Part shown: positions 7,923-13,764 of the stretch, one piece after another
How the letters are laid out: the number at the start of each line of letters is the position of its first letter
Position numbering within the stretch: the stretch's first letter is position 1
Source of the DNA: an uncultured Deinococcales bacterium
GTDB lineage: Bacteria; Deinococcota; Deinococci; Deinococcales; JAAFIG01
Reading direction: 5' to 3'
NCBI GenBank assembly: GCA_964247135.1
Contig: CAXTTL010000130.1
Location: 1-13,764 of the forward strand
Length of the DNA stretch: 13,764 nt
The notes under the pieces: model-generated
Told to the model about the DNA's origin: nothing
The model's database searches: none
The model's input: the letters and a program-made list of their open reading frames with translations, nothing else
Program-made: the position numbers and the translations under genes

Positions 7923-8066
7923 GGTGCTCCTTGATGAACATCTCTTACTTTTTTCGCAAAGCAAGAATAAATTGCCACTTGCTTGTGAAACTCACCGCAA
8001 ACGATTTTGCGATCTTCAGATTACCCAAATATTGTGTTGTTTGAAGCTTTTGATTGGAGGTGGCTG

Positions 8067-8072
8067 TATGCT
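8067..8072 (+). promoter_or_regulatory. -10 element of a probably leaderless transcript
   Basis: TATGCT (TANNNT) 5 nt upstream of ATG 8078, with no SD at normal spacing. Confidence 0.55.
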
Positions 8073-8077
8073 AGGGC

Positions 8078-8866
8078 ATGGAAGATTTTGACTGGAAGAA
8101 CATCAAACTCGATTTAAACGACGCCATCGCCACCCTGACCATCACCCGCCCCAAAGCCCTCAATGCCCTGAACAACGACACCCTGCGCGAAATTGCCGAG
8201 GCGCTCGAGGTCGCGCTCGAGCCGAGCGAAACCCAAATTTTGATCATCACCGGCGAGGGCGAGAAAGCCTTTGTGGCGGGCGCGGACATTTCCGAATTCA
8301 CCAGCGTCGAAGATGCTTTCGGCGGGCGCGAACTGGCATTGAACGGGCAGGACATCACCAATTCGGTGGCTGCCATGCCGATTCCAACCATCGCCGCGAT
8401 CAACGGTTTTGCCCTCGGTGGCGGTCTCGAGCTGGCTTTGGCTTGCGATTTGCGGGTCGCCTCGAGCAATGCCAAATTGGGTTTGCCCGAAGTCGGTTTG
8501 GGTTTGATTCCAGGTTTCGGCGGCACCCAACGCCTGCCGCGTCTCATCGGCGAGGGTCGGGCGCTGGATCTGATCCTCACAGCGCGTCACGTGACCGCCC
8601 AAGAAGCCCTCAGTATGGGTCTGGTCAACCGAGTGGCAGAGGATGCGCTCGAGGAGGCTCACAAGCTCGCAGAATTGATTCTGAAAAATGGTCCAGTTGC
8701 CATTGGTCTCGCCAAAGAAGCCGTCCGTCGCGGATTGGGCATGACACTCGATCAAGGTTTGGAAATTGAAGCCGATTTGTTCGGCATGGTGTCCACCACC
8801 AAAGACATGAAAGAGGGCGCAAAAGCCTTCCTCGAGAAGCGCAAACCCGATTTCCGTGGCGAGTAG
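8078..8866 (+). CDS. Enoyl-CoA hydratase/isomerase (crotonase family)
   Basis: [59 protein letters not shown]; both catalytic Glu present. Confidence 0.96.
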   Translation: MEDFDWKNIKLDLNDAIATLTITRPKALNALNNDTLREIAEALEVALEPSETQILIITGEGEKAFVAGADISEFTSVEDAFGGRELALNGQDITNSVAAMPIPTIAAINGFALGGGLELALACDLRVASSNAKLGLPEVGLGLIPGFGGTQRLPRLIGEGRALDLILTARHVTAQEALSMGLVNRVAEDALEEAHKLAELILKNGPVAIGLAKEAVRRGLGMTLDQGLEIEADLFGMVSTTKDMKEGAKAFLEKRKPDFRGE

Positions 8867-8887
8867 GGGCGCTGCTTGCCGCGCCCT
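8863..8887 (+). repeat. GTAG-type REP-like hairpin, copy 2
   Basis: GTAGGGGCGCTGCTTGCCGCGCCCT; stem GGGCGC/GCGCCC; the TAG of its head is the stop codon of the hydratase gene; lies between convergent genes. Confidence 0.75.
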
Positions 8888-8924
8888 TTGACCACGAAAT
8901 TGATTGAGAGTTGCCGCTCGAGCT

Positions 8925-9584
8925 TTAAGGTTTGCTCAATTTCACCAATTGGGTCGTGTTGCTCGAGACCACGCTCTTGACCAAACCTACGTTTTTGACG
9001 TACCACGAGGTGGCGGTGATCGTGTTTTTGACGGGCGTACTTTTCCCGCCCAGGTTCATTTGCATGTCTTGATTGATGGTCTGCGTGACCTTGAGCGCAG
9101 TGAACGTGCCTGCTGGGACTTTCACGGTTTCCTCCGCGTTAATTTTGCTGTCAATCGTGATGACGCCGCTTTCACTCATGGCTTTTGCACCCATGTTGAT
9201 CGATATTTTGACTTTGAATTTGTTGGTCCAACCCGAGCCGACCAGCCATTTGGCGGCGGGTGGGAATGCCGCGCCCTCGTAGGACAGGGTTTCGATTTTC
9301 ATGTTGGCGGGAAACCCCGTCATGCTGGGGTATTCGGTTTGGGTCAGGCTGCCGTCGCTTTCGCATTTGACGGTGTTCTGGACTTTCATTTTGCCGATGG
9401 TGTTTTCCATCACAAAACTCGAGCCGTTGTTGGAAACAATTTTGGTGGTGTTTTGCTGGTTTTTGAAGCTACTTTGGTACAACCAAGTGGTGTTCGCCGC
9501 CGATGGAAAGTACGGGTTGTCGCAGGCTGCCCAGGCGCTCGAGCTGAGGGTGAGGGTGGTGGCAATCAATAAAATTGGTTTCAT
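8925..9584 (-). CDS. Secreted hypothetical protein, DUF3108-like/TapB-like beta-rich fold
   Basis: Signal peptide MKPILLIATTLTLSSSAWA; YFP..W.Y start, EETVKVPAGTFTALKV and WYVKNVGLVK motifs. Family assigned from memory of the motif pattern. Confidence 0.75.
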   Translation of the reverse strand: MKPILLIATTLTLSSSAWAACDNPYFPSAANTTWLYQSSFKNQQNTTKIVSNNGSSFVMENTIGKMKVQNTVKCESDGSLTQTEYPSMTGFPANMKIETLSYEGAAFPPAAKWLVGSGWTNKFKVKISINMGAKAMSESGVITIDSKINAEETVKVPAGTFTALKVTQTINQDMQMNLGGKSTPVKNTITATSWYVKNVGLVKSVVSSNTTQLVKLSKP

Positions 9585-9590
9585 GCCTTT

Positions 9591-9596
9591 ACGGTA
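9591..9596 (-). promoter_or_regulatory. -10 element of a probably leaderless transcript
   Basis: Minus strand TACCGT-aaaggc-ATG: TANNNT 6 nt upstream of ATG 9584. Confidence 0.5.
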
Positions 9597-9783
9597 GCGT
9601 ACTTTTTAAAATTTTGTCGCTCGAGGGGAAAATACCTTGTGTGGCGCGAATGGAATGGGGCTAAGACATGGCACTTTGCGGCTCGAGTTTGGTGTTCTCA
9701 GGTTGGTTGCAAGTTCCTCATCTGTGCTCTGTTAGCCTGAAAAAAGTCTAATGTGAACCATTCTTTGTTTGAAAGGTGCGATC

Positions 9784-11199
9784 ATGAAATATCTTGGGTT
9801 GTTCTTTGGCTTGCTGGTGTTGGGTTTGATTGTGTTTGCTGGTTCGGCGCAGAACATGCCTTCAAACACAAAATCGTTGATCGAACTGGGTTGGGATTCT
9901 CCAACCCCAAACATCGTGCGAGCCAACATCAAGACCATGGAACAACGTCCGTTTGATGGTCTGACCGTCAGTTTAAATGCAGGTAGAACAATCTTCAATA
10001 AAACCGCCTACGCCGAGAGTGCCTTTACCCAGGATCGAACGGACTTGGAGGCAACAAAATTCACCAGGCTCAGCCAAAATTTTATTTCTATCTGGTCGGC
10101 TCGAGAGGCGGGTTGGGACTGGTTTGATGACAGCGATTGGATTGCGACCATCACCAATGCCCGCAACTTTGCCAAAACCGCCAAGGCGGGCAATTTCAAA
10201 GGTTTTGTTTTTGACCCAGAACCGTATGGCACAAATCCCTGGTCTTACAATGCGCAATTGTATCCAAACCAAAGTTTTGCCAGCGTGCAAGCCAAGGTAA
10301 GACAACGCGGTGCGGATTTTTTGAGCACCATTCAAAAGGAATTGCCCAGTGTCAAAATTTTGATGTTGTTCGGCGCATCACTGGTCAAAGCCCAAGCCGA
10401 AGAAAGAGGCAGTCTCGAGAAAGCCGCCTGGGTCTTGCTTGCCTCGTTTATCGATGGAATGCTCGATGTCATCAACCCGCAAGCGCAATTGATTGATGGC
10501 AACGAAAATTCGTACTATTACACCAACGCCCAAGACTTTAAAGATTTTCAAGCTTTCAAACAAGCTGCTCGAGATTATGTCTCTGTTGAAAACCGTGTCA
10601 AGTACGATCAGCAAGTCAAAATCGCCCATGCCATCTTTGCCGATGGGTTGTTGAACCTCTTGAAATCGCCACGTTTTTTTGGGTATTACTTGCAAAATGA
10701 CCGCCAGCGTCAACAGTTTCTCGAGTACCTCAGCTTTCACGGGTTGCAAAACAGTGACCAGTACATTTGGGTGTACAACGAAGACATGGATTGGTGGAAC
10801 ACTCGCGGCAAGGGGGTTCAATTGCCCAGTGGTCTCGAGGAGACGCTAAAACGTGTTTCTCAAAAGGTCAAGCGGAATCAAGCCCTTGGTTTTAATGCCG
10901 ATTTTGCAACTTTGGCGGTGCTTGGTTACAACAGCAAAATTCAGTTGACTGGCAACATCACATTGGCTGGTCAGGGTCTTGGTGGTGTGCTGCTTGACGC
11001 AGGATTTGTGCTGAAGGGTGTGGACATGGCTTGCCAGCGTTCACAGCCCGATGGTTATTTTTCCTGTACGATTCCAACTGGTTGGACTGGGACGCTCAAA
11101 CCCAGCTTGCAGGGTTACACGTTTAAACCTGCTGTAATTGAATTCAAAAACTTGATCCAACAAGCCGACAACCAGAATTTTGAGGCAATCAAAAAATAA
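9784..11199 (+). CDS. Secreted hypothetical protein, possible glycoside-hydrolase-like barrel plus C-terminal beta-sandwich domain
   Basis: 471 aa from ATG 9784 (SD AAAGGTG); signal peptide ending AGSA-Q; aromatic/acidic motifs GWD, PFDG, GFVFDPEPY, IDGNE, YIWVYNE; C-terminal DGYFSCTIPTGWTGTLKPSLQGYTFKP. The CDS is clear; the function is inferred. Confidence 0.75.
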   Translation: MKYLGLFFGLLVLGLIVFAGSAQNMPSNTKSLIELGWDSPTPNIVRANIKTMEQRPFDGLTVSLNAGRTIFNKTAYAESAFTQDRTDLEATKFTRLSQNFISIWSAREAGWDWFDDSDWIATITNARNFAKTAKAGNFKGFVFDPEPYGTNPWSYNAQLYPNQSFASVQAKVRQRGADFLSTIQKELPSVKILMLFGASLVKAQAEERGSLEKAAWVLLASFIDGMLDVINPQAQLIDGNENSYYYTNAQDFKDFQAFKQAARDYVSVENRVKYDQQVKIAHAIFADGLLNLLKSPRFFGYYLQNDRQRQQFLEYLSFHGLQNSDQYIWVYNEDMDWWNTRGKGVQLPSGLEETLKRVSQKVKRNQALGFNADFATLAVLGYNSKIQLTGNITLAGQGLGGVLLDAGFVLKGVDMACQRSQPDGYFSCTIPTGWTGTLKPSLQGYTFKPAVIEFKNLIQQADNQNFEAIKK

Positions 11200-11227
11200 G
11201 GCTCGAGTGTGTGACGCTCGAGCCTTA
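11191..11227 (-). terminator. Intrinsic terminator of dnaJ, possibly bidirectional
   Basis: Stem TAAGGCTCGAG (11197-11207) / CTCGAGCCTTA (11217-11227) between convergent genes; A6 at 11191-11196 gives a U-tract on the minus strand. Confidence 0.8.
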
Positions 11228-11247
11228 AAGGTTTTATGGGTCTGAAT

Positions 11248-12384
11248 TTATTCGCCGCGAATGGCTTTGCCCAGGTTCTCGAAAAAACCTGGTTTTTTGT
11301 GCGAGATGTCTTCGTTCACTTCCTTGGCGTATTCCTCGAGCAATTCTCGGGCGCGTTTGGAGAGTTTCTTCGGTACGCTGACCTCGAGCGTCACGATCAA
11401 ATCGCCCTCGCCGCGAGATTGAAGGCGTGGCATTCCCTTGCCGCGCAGTTTTACGGTGTCGCCAGGTTGTGCGCCAGCGTGAACCTCGAGCGTCTGGTCG
11501 CCGTCCAGGGTTGGTACGGCGAAGGTTCCGCCCAGGGTCGCTTGGGCAATGCCAATCGGCAGCACGTAATGCAGGTCGTCGCCTTCGCGCTCGAGGTGCG
11601 GATGAGGCTCGAGTTCCAAGAACACGTACAGATCACCTGCGGGTCCGCCGTTGATGCCTTGGTTGCCCGCGCCAGAAACGCGCAGTCGGTAGCCCCCGTC
11701 GATGCCTTTGGGCAGCGTGACCGTGACTTTTTCGGCTTTGATGGTGCGCCCGCGCCCGTGACAGACCGTGCAGGGTTCGGGGTTGATTTCGCCCGTGCCG
11801 TGGCAGGTCGGGCATGGCGCTGCGGTCATGAAATTGCCCAGAATGGTTCGCTGTTGATGTCGCACCTGCCCTTGACCGCCGCAGGTTTGGCAGGTTTGCA
11901 AACCCTTGCCCCCAGGTTCGCTGCGTGCGCCGTTGCAGTGCGTGCAATGCTCGAGCTTGTCCACCTCAACCACCACGTCCGCGCCCGACCTGGCTTGCTC
12001 GAGGTTGATTTTGGTTTCGACTTGCAAATCCTCGCCGCGTTGGGCGCGGTTGCGTCCGCCGCGACCTCGGGCTTGCTGCCCGAAAACATCGCCGCCACCG
12101 AAGACGCTGTTGAACAAATCGAACAGGTCGCCGCCCGCGAACCCTCCAGCGCCGTTGAATGGACTGCCGGTGGGTGCTTCAGAGCCGTACTGGTCAAAAT
12201 GAGCGCGTTTTTCGGGGTCGGACAGTGTGGCATACGCCTGGTTGATCTGCTTGAATTTCTCTTCTGCCTCTTTGTTGCCTGGGTTTTTGTCGGGATGGAA
12301 TTTTAACGCCAGCGCCCGGTACGCCCGTTTGATCTCGTCGGCGTCGGCATTTTTGCCCACGCCCAATAATTCGTAATAGTCCAT
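11248..12384 (-). CDS. dnaJ: Molecular chaperone DnaJ
   Basis: J-domain with HPD, G/F-rich linker, four CxxC zinc motifs (CTHC, CQTC, CPTC, CTVC), C-terminal domain; SD GGAGAG. Confidence 0.99.
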   Translation of the reverse strand: MDYYELLGVGKNADADEIKRAYRALALKFHPDKNPGNKEAEEKFKQINQAYATLSDPEKRAHFDQYGSEAPTGSPFNGAGGFAGGDLFDLFNSVFGGGDVFGQQARGRGGRNRAQRGEDLQVETKINLEQARSGADVVVEVDKLEHCTHCNGARSEPGGKGLQTCQTCGGQGQVRHQQRTILGNFMTAAPCPTCHGTGEINPEPCTVCHGRGRTIKAEKVTVTLPKGIDGGYRLRVSGAGNQGINGGPAGDLYVFLELEPHPHLEREGDDLHYVLPIGIAQATLGGTFAVPTLDGDQTLEVHAGAQPGDTVKLRGKGMPRLQSRGEGDLIVTLEVSVPKKLSKRARELLEEYAKEVNEDISHKKPGFFENLGKAIRGE

Positions 12385-12429
12385 AGTGTTTTCTCTCCGC
12401 GCTCGAGGTCAGCCTCGAATCTTAAATAT

Positions 12430-12473
12430 ATTATACAAGGACACTCAAGTTTGAAGAGTGGGTTTAACTCACG
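12430..12473 (-). promoter_or_regulatory. dnaJ promoter (-10 TATAAT) with HAIR-like and CIRCE-core operator sequences
   Basis: Minus strand CGTGAGT-N7-ACTCTTC-aaa-CTTGAGT-N7-TATAAT; TATAAT at 12435-12430; CACTC-N9-GAGTG at 12442-12460. Confidence 0.55.
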
Positions 12474-12503
12474 GTTTGGATGGCTCGAGGTTTTGGACTG
12501 GGG

Positions 12504-12532
12504 TTCACAGGGCTGAGCGCCTCGAGTAAGAT
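12504..12532 (+). promoter_or_regulatory. Putative sigma70-type promoter of lysJ
   Basis: TTCACA (12504-12509), 17-nt spacer, TAAGAT (12527-12532); SD AAGGAGG at 12548-12554. Confidence 0.5.
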
Positions 12533-12560
12533 GTCTGGGCATATTTGAAGGAGGATTTCA

Positions 12561-13764
12561 ATGACACTCATGGCATCACGCAGCAAAGAATTGCTCGAGA
12601 CCGAATTAAAGTACGACTCTGGTGTCTACACCAAACACGAAATCGTGATTTCTCGCGGTTTGGGCGCTCGAGTTTGGGACGTTGACGGCAACGAGTACAT
12701 CGATTGCGTTGGCGGTTACGGTGTCGCCAACATCGGTCACAGCAACCCGAGCGTCACCAAAGCGATTCAACTTCAAGCCGAAAACCTGGTCATGCTGCCC
12801 CAAACCCTGCCCAACGACAAACGCGCCGAATTCCTGGCGGAACTGACCTCGGTCACGCCGGAAGGTTTAAAACGCGTGTTTCTTTGCAATTCTGGCACCG
12901 AAGCCGTCGAAGCCGCCATCAAGTTCGCTCGGGTCGCCACGGGGCGCGAGAAATTCGTCGCCATGAAACGCGGTTTCTCGGGGCGCAGTTTGGGCGCGTT
13001 GGCGCTGACCTACGAACCCAAATACCGCGAACCATTCGGCAAACTGGTTCACGAAACCACGTTTGTGACCTACAACGACCTGGCGTCGCTCGAGGCAGCC
13101 ATCGATGGTGACACAGCCGCCGTGATTATGGAATCGGTGCAGGGCGAGGGGGGCGTGCGTCCTGGCAACGCCGAATTTCTTCGCAGAGCCAGGGAACTTT
13201 GCACCAAGCACGGCGCGCTCTTGATTCTGGACGAAATTCAAACCGGTTTTTGCCGCACGGGCAAGATGTTTGGTTTCCAAAACTTTTGCGATCCCAAGTG
13301 CGCAGGTACATCATGCGCGCTCGAGGGTGGCTGCGCGGTTAAACCCGACCTGATGACGCTCGCCAAAGCGATGGCTGGCGGCGTGCCAGTTGGCGCTTTG
13401 GTCATGACCGACGCGGTGGCGAACGCCATGCCAAAAGGCGGTCATGGGACAACCTTTGGCGGCAATCCGCTGGCGATGGCGGCGGGCATCGCCGCGATTC
13501 GCTTTATGAAAGAAGCCAAACTCTCCGAACGTGCCTTTGAAAACGGCGAGTATTTCCGTTTAGAACTGCGCAAAATCAACTCGAGCAAGATCAAAGAAAT
13601 TCGAGGCTTGGGCTTGATGATCGGCATGGAGTTAAAAGAACACAGCGCCCCGTACATTCACGCGCTCGAGCATGAGCATCATGTTCTGGCGTTGCAAGCC
13701 GGTCCCACGGTCATCCGTTACCTGCCGCCGTTAGTCATCGAACGCGCCGACATTGACCGCGTGG
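12561..13764 (+). CDS. lysJ: Class III PLP aminotransferase, LysJ/ArgD type ([LysW]-aminoadipate semialdehyde transaminase); 3' end outside the window
   Basis: Open frame absent from the ORF track because it has no stop in the window: [74 protein letters not shown] (PLP Lys), [30 protein letters not shown] and GFSGR resemble Thermus/Deinococcus LysJ. Confidence 0.9.
   Translation, partial: MTLMASRSKELLETELKYDSGVYTKHEIVISRGLGARVWDVDGNEYIDCVGGYGVANIGHSNPSVTKAIQLQAENLVMLPQTLPNDKRAEFLAELTSVTPEGLKRVFLCNSGTEAVEAAIKFARVATGREKFVAMKRGFSGRSLGALALTYEPKYREPFGKLVHETTFVTYNDLASLEAAIDGDTAAVIMESVQGEGGVRPGNAEFLRRARELCTKHGALLILDEIQTGFCRTGKMFGFQNFCDPKCAGTSCALEGGCAVKPDLMTLAKAMAGGVPVGALVMTDAVANAMPKGGHGTTFGGNPLAMAAGIAAIRFMKEAKLSERAFENGEYFRLELRKINSSKIKEIRGLGLMIGMELKEHSAPYIHALEHEHHVLALQAGPTVIRYLPPLVIERADIDRV

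Larger units (their letters stand above)
64..13670. repeat. Dispersed highly iterated palindrome CTCGAG
   Basis: About 117 copies by hand count (first at 64, last at 13665), about 8.5 per kb, in coding and intergenic DNA. Confidence 0.95.

Noticed and set aside
8904-9572. 222-aa plus-strand ORF opposite the secreted protein
   Set aside because: The minus-strand frame has a signal peptide, family motifs and a promoter; this frame does not.
11236-12306. 356-aa plus-strand ORF opposite dnaJ
   Set aside because: Antisense shadow of dnaJ, explained by codon bias on the real gene.
64-13670. CTCGAG repeats as a CRISPR array, tandem repeat or XhoI ligation artefact
   Set aside because: Spacing is irregular, flanks are unrelated, and conserved reading frames run intact through the sites, which argues against chimeric ligation.

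Overview
A mostly chromosomal-looking segment, probably from a member of Deinococcota (inferred from the LysJ-type aminotransferase, Deinococcus-style UreE and leaderless-type TANNNT promoters). 1-5763: urease operon, ureB/ureAB 3' end-ureC-hypA-hypB-ureE-ureF-ureG-ureD, with the HypA/HypB nickel chaperones embedded and no hydrogenase gene in view, followed by an EamA/DMT transporter. A minus-strand block follows (40-aa small ORF, UDG-superfamily glycosylase, decayed UBP-type zinc-finger pseudogene, DUF2630 protein), then an enoyl-CoA hydratase, two divergent secreted hypothetical proteins, dnaJ and a partial lysJ/argD. The strongest non-genic signal is the palindrome CTCGAG: about 117 copies by hand count versus about 4 expected. 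It occurs in all three frames and in intergenic DNA, and also forms part of three ribosome-binding sites and a terminator, like a highly iterated palindrome (HIP). Other points: two GTAG-type REP hairpins (one with a 14-nt duplication that shifts an upstream ATG out of frame with ureG), a four-cysteine insertion next to the PLP lysine of LysJ, a Cys3His zinc site in HypA, and HAIR/CIRCE-like operators at the dnaJ promoter. All counts and translations were done by eye.
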